Positions 14,123-26,869 of a stretch of DNA of 64,000 bases are shown piece after piece (positions within the stretch are counted from its first letter, which is position 1; each line of letters begins with the position of its first letter). A program made the position numbers and the translations under genes. The DNA comes from Laetmonice hystrix (lineage: Eukaryota), in contig OZ249436.1 of NCBI GenBank assembly GCA_965235115.1, positions 24,244,001-24,308,000 of the forward strand, given 5' to 3'. The notes under the pieces were generated by a model. It searched no databases. It was not told where the DNA came from and was given only the letters and a program-made list of their open reading frames with translations.

Positions 14123-14462
14123 ATGGTCTGCAGTGGTCAGCAAGCGCTGGCTGGGTGCCAACAGCTGGACACGTTGGCACCCTGCCAGTAGGGTGCCAAC
14201 TGGACAATACTATAACTATAAGTTGTCAGTTTCAGTTGTTCCCAGCATTAGCAAACACATGCAGGTCATTTGAAAGTTGAAAGTTAGAAGTCAAATACGC
14301 AACACTTGTTGAGGATGGGTACTACAATACGCAAGCTGAAAAAAGAGGGGGAGTCAAAAACTCCCCACCTTAAAATATTATCTGAAGCCCTGGCCTAGGC
14401 CCTACATGTTGGTGATCTGTCAACTGACTGAGTAAAATATTGTTACGGGTAGTATGCAATAT

Positions 14463-16562
14463 GGGTAAAGTCACACTAAAGGAGGCCAATGGTTAAGGAG
14501 TGACTTTGCCTTGAATATCTTTGTATCTAGTAGGTATTTTTAAATGATATTCGGAGGACCTTTCTTGCATAGGATAAGGTATATTTTTTCAAAATTTCAC
14601 ACGTCTATATGCAGTTACCGATTTTTTATAAAAGTTTAAATCTTAAAAAAAAGGCCGTTTTGGTCATGTCAAACGTTACATTCACGCAGGGGCAAGTTTG
14701 AGTGGAAATAAAAGCATATTATTGTACATATATACTACATCTGTGTGTCTGTTGTCATGTTCTTCATGTTAAGAATATAAAATATTTCTGATCTAAATAA
14801 ATGAATCCTGCAAAGTACCTCTTGTGCCTTTTTTATACTGTTTCAAAGTAGAGTAACGTTACCTGATGATTTCTGTCAACGTGAAACCTAGCTTTTTCTC
14901 TCTCTTTTCTCCACCGGATCGCCAAGTTGGAACAATGTAATTGGAGCATATATGCTCCATGAACCCACTAATTTGTGAAATGAAACCACTTTTTTGTCCA
15001 AGTACTGCATGGAAACTAAATACAGACGTCTTTTTCAATGAAGGTCTACTTTTCCCCTTTCGTCACGTAACCAGGGTGTCAAGTGCCAATGACCCTCAAA
15101 AAAATAGGAAAATAGGAATGTGCTGTCCCAAAAAATAAGACTAAAATAGGAATATCAAACAAAAAATATATGGAAAATAGGAATTTTTTTAAATAGTCAG
15201 TATCGACTTAGATAAACATGTTATCTTTTTTGACTAATTTTTTGAGATTTTAAAGCTTAAGTCTTTATAAAAAAATGTCCAGCGACGAGGTGGTCTTCAC
15301 TTTGGTACCATTTATTGAAATTCACGCAATTTTACGGATTATAAAAATCGACTAAAGACATGTTTAGGAATATTTTTAGGATCTGCCTAAAAAATAGGAA
15401 AAAATAGGAAGTTTACTCCAAAAATAGGAAAAAAAGGAATAATGCTGAAAAATAGGAAAAAATAGGAACTTGAGACCCTGCGTAACGTTTCGCTGGATAT
15501 TTTGCTTGAATAGAGATGTTTTGAACTTCAAATTTCAACTGTGCTGCTGGTCATTGTGTACTACGTCATGACTTCTTGTGCGGGAGCCTCCCCTTCACTG
15601 AGTAGCAGACAACATGGCAGAGGGGAGAGAGAGGCGAGTTTGCAATGTCAACGAAAATTCGAACATCACGTACGTTCAGAGACGTAACGTACTGAAAGAT
15701 ATTCCACAAGTTGACTATAACATGTAATAGATCATGTAGGCATTGTGTTGAAGTAGTAAATGTCAAAAACGGTACATAGCGTTTGACCATCCCACAACTG
15801 CCAGACCTCCAGACGTACATAGTTTTTGACAAATGATTAATCTGCAATGTGTCCATCAAGCACATGCACAAAACACACCAGGAATTTACTTGTGGCACTG
15901 CCAAAGGGCTCACACAAAGGGGGAAAGGAAGTAGACACAACTAAAAGCCATGCAGAGTAATATGCTGTGGTGGAATTTAACACTGTCAATAATCATGTAA
16001 CATGGAAGTTACGTACGTTACATTGTCAAAGGTTATGTCACATTTGAAATATGTGTATAGTATGTCTGTTACCCCATTTTATCTTGCGTTTTTTAAGTAA
16101 AAATGTTTTTTATCAGATACATTATGCCCTTAAATACTTAAAAATGGTTTAACTTTGATTTCTTTCATGCCAAAAAACTTGACACTTGGAAACGAGGGGT
16201 GTCTGACCGACAAGGTGTCAATATGCATTAGTTCCTTTTTTTATTACCGAATATAGGCATCCATTTGTTTATTTAACCCGTTCTATGATATTCTTGTGGA
16301 AGTGCTATGTAATTTTGTAATTTATCAATATTTTTCATGAAAGAATCACATGAATGTTTGCATCACATACGTTACCAATCAGACATGGTCACAAAGAATG
16401 TCAATTTCTGAATATTATAATGGGTGGAATTTGTTGACACTCTGCAGTTACAAACTAGGGACCCTGTGAAATATAATCAATATTTATAATTTGAAGAAAA
16501 GAAAAGGTTTGAAAATTTGGCTCCATGTAACGCCTTTGGCCTCCTTTAGTGTGATTTTACCC
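14463..16562. mobile_element. Sola2-like non-autonomous DNA element
   Basis: TIR GGGTAAAGTCACACTAAAGGAGGCCAA / TTGGCCTCCTTTAGTGTGATTTTACCC; ATAT 4-bp TSD. A truncated left part is duplicated at 10163-10723. Confidence 0.75.
15072..15480. mobile_element. CAGGG-terminus MITE with 6-bp TSD
   Basis: TIR CAGGGTGTCAAGT / ACTTGAGACCCTG; CGTAAC on both sides; internal AAAATAGGAA repeats. Confidence 0.85.
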
Positions 16563-18531
16563 ATATATAAACTGCATAACAATATCGGGAACAGTTGTGT
16601 TCAGGTGTTTGCTTGGTTCCATTTGAAGCTGTACAGTGAAGGAGACAGCTGATGGGAGGTTGGCAATCGAATGAGCCAACGCCGGCTGCGGGCCGGGCAT
16701 GGACAGGTGACGGTGATCAATCGTGTACGAGTTTACAGCTGAACCTTTTTGAATCGTGATAATCGCAAATCAATTTGAAAATTCAGGACTGGACTTAAGG
16801 ATTTTTTTCTGGTTGTCCGCCTAAATGTCCTCCGGACAACCGGAGCCTCCCATCACAGTTGTCCGCCGGACAACCCAACAATTCTTCTGACTGCAAAACA
16901 CTGAGTGGGAACCCACTCGGCGCAGACACAGGCCAGTGGCAGAGGTACAACAGAATGACACCAACAGTGATGACAGCATCTAGGGCTGACGATTTTTAAA
17001 CAAAACTGCAGGCCTCGAATTAGAAGTTGAAAGGGGCACGGCAAAAACTGCCGTCGATACATAAGAATCAACATCAGATTTTTCCAGGGCACGGCGGCAA
17101 ATTTACAATACATGGAAAAGGCACAATGGCAAATGCCGCCGTCCATGCTGTCGTGTAATTCGAGGCCGGCAAAAGAATGGTCAGTGGGGCCCAGCCGACA
17201 GCCAGGATGGGTGCTGGCTTAGCCAGTCACCCCCCAACCTCCACCCACCATGACCGGTTAACTGCTCTGCAAGCACTTGGTCAGTTGGCCCCCTGTGGTT
17301 TCACAGTTATAACAGGCTGTGATGACAAGTGTCCAGCTACCAGCTACCGCCCCGTCACCTCTTCAGTCCTGCTGCTGACTTGTGATGCTCCCCTGGTCAG
17401 ACTCCTTCAGTTGGCCCAGACATGGTGAAATCTTTTGACATTTCACTGGACAAATGTCCTGTGAATTTCTAAAATTCACCGGACATTGGGGCAATTTACT
17501 GGACATTTACCTGACAATCAAGTCAAAACTAAAGGATCTGGACATGCCCTCTTTTGGGGCTGTGGTCCAGTACGTTAGTTTTATTGTGGCCTGGCCTTCC
17601 TGGGCTTGGCCCCCTTTACATTATGATATCATCACGATCTTGAGCTGACCGTCATAGAAAAAACAGATAACACCCCCGGGAAAAAACGGTATTATGGCGG
17701 ACTTGTTTACCTTGCTTGCTAACTGGTGATAGAACTTGTCAATTCATTGTGAAATCAAAGAAAAATTAGGGATTTTTACCACAAATTTAGGGTACTAGAT
17801 CGAAATACCGGACATTTTGTCCGGTGTTTTGCCAACATTTACCGGACATTGTGATTTTTTTTTTCGTCATTGTCCGAAGTCCGGTGAATTTCAGCATGTC
17901 TGTTCAAGCCTAATTTTTAATTTTTTCCAATTACAATTAAAGAACCATTAATGGGTCATTCTTCCAGAGTATGTCACATTCTGTTACACACCCTTAAAAT
18001 TGAGAAAAATATGAAGTGTGTGATGAAAGCTACCTAGACAATTAGTTCATAATAAGAAACCCCTGGAAAAAATTTGTGACCCCCATTTTTGGAATAATTC
18101 TTGATTTTTGTGAAAAAAATAGGGCAAAAACGCTGAAATTGGCTGTGTTACTCCTACAAAGTATTTGGGTTTGGATGTAAAGAAAACCTCAATAAGGGTT
18201 TCATTTAGCATTTAATTTCAAAAGAAATCAATGGAAAGGACATAAAGGTGCAGTTAATGATTTCTTAGGCAAAAGTCTGATGTTTTTCGCTTTTTTCTTT
18301 TTTCTTTTTTTTTTATTCCACTTTTTATTGAACAGAGGGTTACATCAGTGCTGTACAGCACTGGTCTTCCTGCGACGCCTCTGTGCCTAGTTCGGCACAC
18401 TGCTGCTCAATTCCTAGGCACTATGTTATTAAAATATATCTACTCTGGGTGAGGGGGGGGGGCGAGACATCACTGTGAATTACTTTTTGAGCTTGTTAGG
18501 AGACGCTGTCTATATCAGGATTATGTTTTCT

Positions 18532-21388
18532 CTAATGATCTTCGTGCATGGACACACTCCAAGAACGATATTTGCTTTTAAATTCTTGATACGTTGACGC
18601 TTTTTGAATTTCTGCAGGAAGTCTGTTCCAAAGTTTCGCTCCTCTGTATGCTGGGGATTTCATTAGTTTACCAGTACGGGGGGCTGGAGTGATCATGACA
18701 ATTTTATTGTGTTGTCTGGTGGGTAGTGGGCGTTTGTCCAGATAGGCGTCATTTGTGGCCCTCTTGTACATTAGATTTATAAGGTGAGCTCTTCGCCGGG
18801 TATTCAAATATTGTAGGTTTGCCATGGTATGCATCTGTTCAACACTGTAATAAGCATCGTTATATATGATTCGAAGAGCACGATTCTGGACAGACTGTAA
18901 TTTCTTGCGTTGGTGTTCAGTGTTAAGGTCATAACAGATATCACTGTAGTCCAATATTGGTAAGATAGTGGATTTATATACTTGGACTGCTGTCCGCGTG
19001 CTCATCATATAGCGCAATTTTCTAAAGGTATTCAATTTCAAGGTAAGACTACTAATTATTTTATTATATTGTTGCAGTCCATTTAGTGTCTTGTCCAGAA
19101 TGGTGCCAAGATATTTATATTGGTTTGCTTGCTGCAATTTTTCTCCCCCTATGTTTAAATTAATATCTGCGAACTTACGGCCTACCTTTTTTGTTGCAAA
19201 TACAACATACTGGGTTTTGTGTACATTCAACGTAAGTTCGTTTTCATTGCACCATGTCGCTATTCTATTTAAGTCAGCTTGCACTTTATTTTGTAGGGTT
19301 GTTTGGTTAGAGCCCCTTGCGTATGCTGAAGTATCATCTGCAAATAATATGTCCTTCGTGTTCTGTAGTATTGGTGGCAGGTCATTTATATACAAAAGGA
19401 AAAGCAACGGACCTAAAGTAGATCCTTGCGGGACTCCAGTGGCGAGTTTGCGAGCGTCAGATACGCAGTTTTCGTAAAGAGTTGTTTGCATCCTGTTGCT
19501 TAGATAGTTCACCAACAGATCTACAGTGTTGCTATCTAGGCCGCTCCTATGGAGCTTGTTTGCCATTATTTGGTGGTTAATTGTATCGAAGGCCTTCCGA
19601 AAATCGAGGAATACTACTAATGTGGCCATTCCATTATCCATTGCTTCAAGGAGATCGTCTAAAAGGATGGCCAGTGCGTTGGTTGTCGACATACTTTTTC
19701 TAAAGCCATTTTGTGTCGGAGAAAAATATTTAGTGTCCTCGTAAAAATTTTTGAGTTGATCGTGAATGATTTGTTCTGCTATTTTTCCTGGTAAGGGTAA
19801 TAGAGATATGGGTCTAAGATCGTTTGGTGTCTTTGCTATGGATGTTTTAGGCAGGGGTATGACAGTTGCAATCTTCCATTCGTCTGGGAATATGCCCGAT
19901 TCTATTGTTCTATTTATTAAGTACGTGAATTCTGTAATCATAATACTCATTGCGTCCTTAACTAGTCGTGAGCTTATACTTCTTAGTCCAGATGATTTGT
20001 GTATTGAGATTTTAAAGATTTTCTCAAGCACCTCTTGTTCCGAAACAGGTCTAAGTTTGTACGAATATTGGTTCCTCCTGGCGCTATATTGTTTTGGTGT
20101 GTTTCGGCTCCCAGCAAATTTGTCGGCCAATCGTGGACCTATGTCAGCAAAATAATTGTTAATAGTGTCTGCAGTTTCTTGTGCGGAAATCTTTGCTCCA
20201 GTGTCGGGATTCACTAGGCAAATCGATCCTGAGTTGCTTTGTGGTAGTACTTCATTCATTGTTCGCCAAAACTTTTTTGGGTCTTTAATGTTTTCATCTG
20301 CTTTTTGTTTCACAAACTGCCCCTTGGCCATTTTAATTGCATTATTGGCTTTGTTTTTTAAGGTATTTGCTAAAAACCAGTCCTCATCTTGATCTGTTTG
20401 TAGAGCTTTTCTAAAGAAGTAATCTCTATCGTGGCAGAGTTCGAGTAACTCGTTACACAGCCACGCGGGCTTATCACTTTTTCCTCGGAATGTTTTTATA
20501 GGACACAGGTCATCCGCTATGTTAACAATGACCTTTAGCAGTTTTTCCCAGCACATGTTGGGGTCTTGTTCTTCTAAGATATTTGATGTGTTTAGTTGGT
20601 CATATTGTTGTGTATGTTCTGTATGTTCTGCCCTTAAACTCAACCTTTTCTCGCTTATCCTTTGGTTTCTTTTTTACAATAAATACAGGTTGATGGTCAC
20701 TCACGTTATAGTTTAAGACGCCTGCTAGTGCACAGTACTTCATATTCGTGAATATTAAATCGATCATGGTCCTAGTCTTATTATTACATCTTGTTTTTTC
20801 TTTAATTTTTTGCTCAACACTTAGTTCCAGCTCAAGTCTTTTAAGCTTACGGGTGCTATTTTGGCCCGACTTAGAATAGTCAATATTAAAGTCCCCCAAA
20901 ATTATTATCTCATACTTATTACTATTCGGGATAGAGTCATACTTGGATATAAGCGTTTCGATTGCATTTTCAATGTTTCCATCTGGTGGTCTGTATATGT
21001 TAGTAATAATAATATCTCTCGTAAACTCTCTTCGTAAGATAATGTTCTGCATTTCTAAGTCTGCATTCGAAACGTTGTATTCGGATAAACATTCTGAATC
21101 ATAATTTAAATCGGCTCTAACATAAGTAGCCAGTCCTCCACCTTTCTTTATCCCCCCGTGACGATCTAATGTCTGTCTGTCCAATCTAAGAAGTGTATAG
21201 TTATCCATGGCGACCAGTCCTGATGACGTCTCCTGGTTGAGCCAGGTCTCACTTATAGTGATAATGTCTAATCCGCTCGGATTAAAATCAAGCCGCAATG
21301 TATCAATTTTGTTAAATAGGCTGCGAACATTCATGTGGCAAAGACCCTTGAGACCCTTGTGGCTCGTAAGCTCATCAAGGCTGGCCAT
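18532..21388 (-). pseudogene. LINE ORF2: AP endonuclease plus reverse transcriptase, split by one frameshift at ~20600-20643
   Basis: APE motifs HMNVRSL, ISETWL, IYRPP, LGDFNID, IDLIF, SDH. RT motifs LRPISLL, QNGFR, FLDFRKAFD, GVPQGSTLGPLLF, FADDT, YKYLG. C-terminal GAKLWNRLP. Confidence 0.95.
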
Positions 21389-21631
21389 GAGCAGTTAAGT
21401 TTATACCTTCAATGTCTCGCTCCATAAGGCCCCACACCCAACGCAGAATTCTATTTACATTCATAGTATGTACAATTTGTGGTTCAATAATATTATTATA
21501 TATATATACGTGCATAATGTAAGAATAGTGTAACTATGCTCCAGCTCCTTATGCGTCATATGTAGGCCCATTTGGCCTTTCAAGTTGCAGTGTAAGAAAA
21601 GGTATTAGCTCAGAAGATTCGGCTGAAAAAA

Positions 21632-22048
21632 ACATCCCTTAAATTAAGGTGATGCAGGCCCATAACGCTCGCCATCGGCTGGCATATGTAAATGCATAGA
21701 ATGTTGGTTGCTACACCCCTTAAATTAAGGTGATGTAGTCTGCTTCGACTCTCAACCAAACCTATTGCAGTGGATGGTAGAACTAAAGAGAGTACTTACG
21801 ATTTAGTTGCTACACCCCTTAAATTAAGGTGATGCTGACCTCTTCATCTCTCGCCCTATACTGTTTGTCATATAACTCTTGTCTTATGTGGTAGAACTAT
21901 ACATAGCTATTACGATCTAGTTGCTACACCCCTTAAATTAAGGTGATGTAGTCTCCTTTGACTCTCAACCAAACCTATTGCAATGGATGGTAGAACTAAG
22001 AGAGTACTTGCGATCTAGTTACTACATCCCTTAAATTAAGGTGATGCA
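21632..22048 (-). repeat. Five-copy array of a conserved bulged-A hairpin upstream of LINE ORF2
   Basis: Invariant CCTTAAATTAAGGTGATG core in hairpins at ~21632, 21711, 21812, 21924 and 22023; periods 81, 99, 114 and 98 bp. Confidence 0.9.
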
Positions 22049-24796
22049 GACCTTTTCACCTCTCGCCCTATTCTAGCATTCTCTAACTGTGTTACAGGTT
22101 TTGGAATCAATGTGTCAACACCGTAACAGCTGCAACAGATGGTGCCATCTAATGGATAAATGATAAACTAACATGTGTCACGTGATTACGTAAGCGTTCA
22201 AGAAGCACTATATTTCAAAACGCTTGTCAACAAACAGCCATTATAAGTTTGATTTTTTTCTCTGTTCACTGGTAGAATTAGGTGGTTACCTGCATACCCT
22301 TATTCAGAGTCAACACCATAACGGGTATATTTCATAATTAGTTGTACATTAAGAATAGTATTTCTCCAGAGAACATGTAACTAGGTGTTCCAATGATAAC
22401 TACAGTCTAACGTGGCCAACAAAAGTGGCAAGGGAGCATGCACAGCATTTTATTAAAATTTGTCAACACCATCACAGTCAACACCGTAACATTTTCTACT
22501 GTTACGGTGTTGAAAGAGCCGTTACGGTGATTTTGTGCAATGTGACCAACTTTCTGAATATAGACCTAAGAAAAGTATGAATCGTATATCATATCATTTT
22601 GTGGATGAAGTTGCTTTTTGCCGTCGAAGCATTGATTGTTTATCCAATAAATGTTCATCAATACTTTAAATTTTTTATTTTATTTTACAGACACAAAAGT
22701 TTTACAGGAAATGATGCCACAGTGTAACACTTTCGTCAACTCCGTAACACTCTTGTCAACACCGTAACACTCTATCAACACCATAACAAGTCATATATGG
22801 GGGAAAATTTATCGAATTAGACTCTATTATTTGGAAATAAAATTATTTTCTGAATCTGTGCTATAACCGGTTCATGGATTCCTGGAAGTTGGGTCCCTCT
22901 TATTATTCCGTGAAGCAAAATATAGAAAATTTTCCTCTTAACTCAACACCAGTCAGTGCATTTGAAAGGCCCACTTCAGAAAGATTAATAGGAAAAAATT
23001 AATAAAGTTTCCCTCACCCATATTCCTTCTTAGCAATGGTGCTTGTCATTTGCAGAAAAGGTTTTTCAAACTTTTAATTCACTGTTTGTGGTTTTTGTAT
23101 GGTTATTTAGGAATTTGGGACAAAACAGTCACCTGTTACGGTGTTGACAAGCTGGAAGAAAAGTTGTGAAAAATCCTAAAGTCTTTAGTAAAGTTCGCTG
23201 CTAGATATGGAAATATATTCTGCTGACCTCACTGATACTACCTGATTGTATAAATTATCACAATTAAAAAAAAAAAATCAGAAAATTATTATGCAAAATG
23301 ACACACTTCGGGAGAATGACCCTAATATGACCTTGTAAGGGCGACATCAGAACGTCTCAGTAAAGTTCGTTTTGGTTCAAATAACATTGTTATTTCAAGA
23401 AATAATTTTCAGATTAGTTTTGATGAATGCCTATGCTTAAAATCCCCCCTCCCCCTTTACAAAAATGGCTGACAGCTGAAAAAATTAAGGGCGAACACTG
23501 TGATAGTGATCCTGAGGAACTTGAAAAGCCACTGACTCTGCTCATTAGCGAGTCTTATTAGTTGTCTTGTTGATGAAATAAAAGATAAATCGCTGGATCA
23601 ATACAAGTATTTGGGATTAATTGTGCATATAAATTTGCAGGACAACCTGAAATTTCTGTGGACAACCATGGTTCTAGAGGTAGGTTGTCCGGCGGACAAC
23701 CAGAAAGAAATCCTTAAGTCCAGCCCTGCCCCCCCCCTCCCCTCGGCATTAGGGTTAAATGAGATAATAAACATTTCTAAATTATACATGAAAGAAAAGT
23801 TTTCAAGTGCATATGTCTACATGCGCAGAAACCTGCATGGAAGTGATCATTTCTTACCCGGTGAGCCTCCTTAAAAGAAACGACCACCGCCAGTCTGTAC
23901 AGGCCAGGCACACAGGCCGTGATATTCTAAGCAAGTTAAAAAATATTTGAACACAATTGGTGCTCAAATAGTTAAGATATAAGCACTTTAGTGCCGGAGC
24001 CTGCTTAGAACCTGCTCCGCTGGCGATGTCGGCCATATCTGTCTGCTCCTTGGGCTAATCTCACATTGCGTATGCTCCAATCACTGCTCTCCAGTTTGGG
24101 AGGAACGAAAAACTGACGCACCTGTTGCGTTGAGCGAACGTTGACAGCTTATTTATATAAGCAAAATTTGTTAGAACATAGACGAAAACCACCGATCATA
24201 GTGATGAGGAATGGCTAGGAATTAAGCCTACCGATGTCAGGGGATATATCAGGGTGGACACGGATCTGGGCAAGCTCCAGCCGTGGGTTTCGGCCGCCTG
24301 CATTCGTGATTTTGACAGCACCCGCAGGGCCACTGGGCCGGGCCCTGACCGTGGCTTCGACCGCGGGCAGGTGCTGGCAGTGTCAGACTCCTGTGGTGAG
24401 TTCAGCACAGACCTGTTTTAGTTGTGACTGTGACTGTGGGACTGACCCCTGTTGATTTTGCAGACCCGCCCCAGCTGCCTTTACTTTAGTCGAGTCTAGC
24501 CTAGCCCCGGCATGCAATAGATTAGCCCCGGAACGTCACTTCCGGCCAGCCCAATACCAACAAATGGCTGCGCCGCTGAAGCCAGTGATTTTGACATGGT
24601 TGCCATTTTCAACATATGACTTCTGACTTAGAATTTATTTCCAACCACTACTCTGAAAGGTGAGTGCATATAGAGGCCTTGCAGCTGTCCAAATGTGATA
24701 TTTGACTGGACTTCTCCTTTAACAGCGACTTCACTGCAGAATCAAGAATGAAAATATTGACTGTAGAAGTGTCACTGTTCCCTATGCTATGGCCAT

Positions 24797-25379
24797 CGTA
24801 GACGTGGACACCCTTAACAGCTTCGCGTTAAGGATGTGGGACAAGCCATAGAGAATTTACCAAATGCATGGGTTGGCTCGGTTTCAACGCCGATTTCAAA
24901 CCCCTGTCGCGATGTCTACTTACAATAAAATGCCCATGTTAATGTGTATAGTGTTCGCTAGGATCTTGGTCAAGGAATTGTCTATTCCGAAGGTGATATT
25001 GACTTGTCAGGCCTTTTGTTGTAAGTTCAGTCCGACTTATTAAAACTCTCCGTCGCCATTCGGCATCCGTGATAACATGAATCACCTGATTCCGGTTCCA
25101 TTTGCACATGCGCAGTACCGACAGACAACAATGGCGGACAGGAACGAATCTTCGATTTGCTTCGATTCAGGGTATAAAAACGGCCGTAATATATTACAGA
25201 AGGAGCGCATTACTTCCTAAACTGTGCGCTGCACGTCGTTAGATGTAAATGGAAGTAATCATGTATTCGTAGAGATATGAATCGGTGCCGTTTCTTTATT
25301 TGAAGGGATTTTGCAAATTCTCTATGACGATTCCAACGGCCCTAACACGCTAGTGTATAACGTTAGGGGAGAGTCAACG
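24797..25379. mobile_element. Unclassified insertion flanked by 11-13-bp direct repeats
   Basis: GCTATGGCCAT(CG) at 24786 and 25380; ends CGTAGAC...GTCAACG; subterminal hairpins at both ends. Confidence 0.55.
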
Positions 25380-26869
25380 GCTATGGCCATCGCAATGTTA
25401 AACCCAGGGGCGGATCTAGGGTCTATAGTAGGGAGTTTCGTCACGGGACCAAAACAAGGGGATTCTGCCACATTTCGCCATCGTGGCTGGACAATGTGCA
25501 AACAACACCTTGTATCTATAAAACTAAAAGTTTTTCAAAGATGAAACTCGCGTGGTGCACGTAAAACATGTTAAGCACGATGTCTGGCCAGTTTTTAAGA
25601 CCAAAGATCGTCGATTTCTAGAATTATGGAGAGTTCTTCATGGCGTTACGGCTGCGACGGAGCTCCACCGCTCTGGGAGCACTGTGACGCGCATTTTTGT
25701 GATTGTGACGAAAATCGCATCACAGACAAATTAAAAACCTCTCGCCGTTATTGGATGAAAGACTAAAACAATAGGGCCATCTGATAGAAAAGAGGCTGAG
25801 GATTCTGGAACTGTTTGAACTAAATCTGAAGGTCAGTAAACAACGGAGATACGATCGAAACTGTCACAGATTTGAAAATAACTATTGGAATCATCTTAGG
25901 TCGGTAGTTAGTTCACTCGGATCTAGTTAAATGAAGTAACAGAGATTCAATTGAGCTAGTTTTTTAAGAGGTTAATGTTACTATGAGTGGAGGTTTTTGA
26001 TTTGAAAAATGCATGACTGGGCCGGTTTGTGATTAAAATGGCGCGCCGGTGTCGACGCCGGCACAACTGTGACGTTTGCCGACTTTTGACGCTAGCGCGG
26101 GCGGCAGACCGGACATTGTTGACGGCCTGTGATGGCGGTTACTCCCGCAGTGCTGTACCCCCCAGCGCCCGGGTCTTTGCAGTTACTTATCAATAGACTG
26201 TTAGCATACTGGGGCTTTTAAAGATGGATTTAACAAGTGCAGACGAGGTCAGCTCTAGTATACCCTTGCTGTCAAGTTGTTGAGGGTGAGAGTACGCCAA
26301 CTGACAACAGCCTGTTGAACAGGCAACAGCGCAGCGGTAGCACACGCACGGCGACACGGCGGTGATTGACGGCGGCTCGGCCGCCGAGTGAGCCAGTGCA
26401 GTGGGGGGTGGCTGGGGCGGTGTGGGTTTGGCTGGTCCTGGTAATGGTACAATGTGTCTTTGTATTTTACTTTATGGCCACTTCTGTCTTGACTTTATGT
26501 CATCTTAATTAACCGTAAACCGAAGTCAAGTTGGCAAGAAACATAGACCTGTTATGAAAGTTAGAAATGATCAGCATTGGATTGGCGGATCCAGGGTGGG
26601 GGGGGGTGGGTGTTCTGGGATTGCAACTCCCCTTCCCTTAGGCAGTGATTTTTCTTTCTGATTGAAAGGCACCTACAACCCCCCTCTTGGCACCCCCACA
26701 ACACCCACCCACTCGGCACAAACCTGGATCTGCCCCTCCCTGATCAGTTGTGATTTTGTGAACTTTCTGTTACTTGTGATTACATGCTTCCATGCTTTTT
26801 TTCATCCACCTTAGATTTTAGGGGCCATTTTTGGCGTCATTTTGAATTTAAATAACGTCTATATTCATG

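Larger units (their letters stand above)
7557..15023. repeat. Tandem duplication of a 3166-bp segment (copy 1 ~7557-10722; copy 2 10723-15023, which carries a 1134-bp insertion)
   Basis: ORF pairs offset by exactly 3166 (7884/11050, 8551/11717, 8962/12128). Only about four substitutions were seen between the copies by eye. Confidence 0.97.
18285..22080 (-). mobile_element. Non-LTR retrotransposon of the CR1/L2 group (Crack/Daphne-like), lacking ORF1 or 5'-truncated
   Basis: A-rich tail and AATAAA at ~18285-18329; 3' stem-loop CAGTGCTGTACAGCACTG (18346-18363); APE+RT ORF2; ~690-bp upstream region containing a hairpin array. No TSD identified. Confidence 0.9.
17953..23322. mobile_element. Sola2-like DNA element hosting the LINE insertion
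   Basis: GGGTCATTCT...AGAATGACCC ends; TAAT TSD at 17949-17952 and 23323-23326; many internal CAACACCGTAACA motifs in both orientations. Confidence 0.75.

Noticed and set aside
19091..21398. Plus-strand ORFs overlapping the LINE
   Set aside because: Antisense shadows of the RT/endonuclease ORF.
21632..22048. CRISPR array next to an RT
   Set aside because: The spacers are homologous to each other (alternating types) and vary from 60 to 95 nt, there are no cas genes, and the context is a eukaryotic LINE.
16785..23728. One 6.9-kb element bounded by CAGG(A/G)CTGGACTTAAGGATTT inverted ends
   Set aside because: The inverted match is real, but there is no TSD, so it could be two independent fragments. 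Not called as a single feature.
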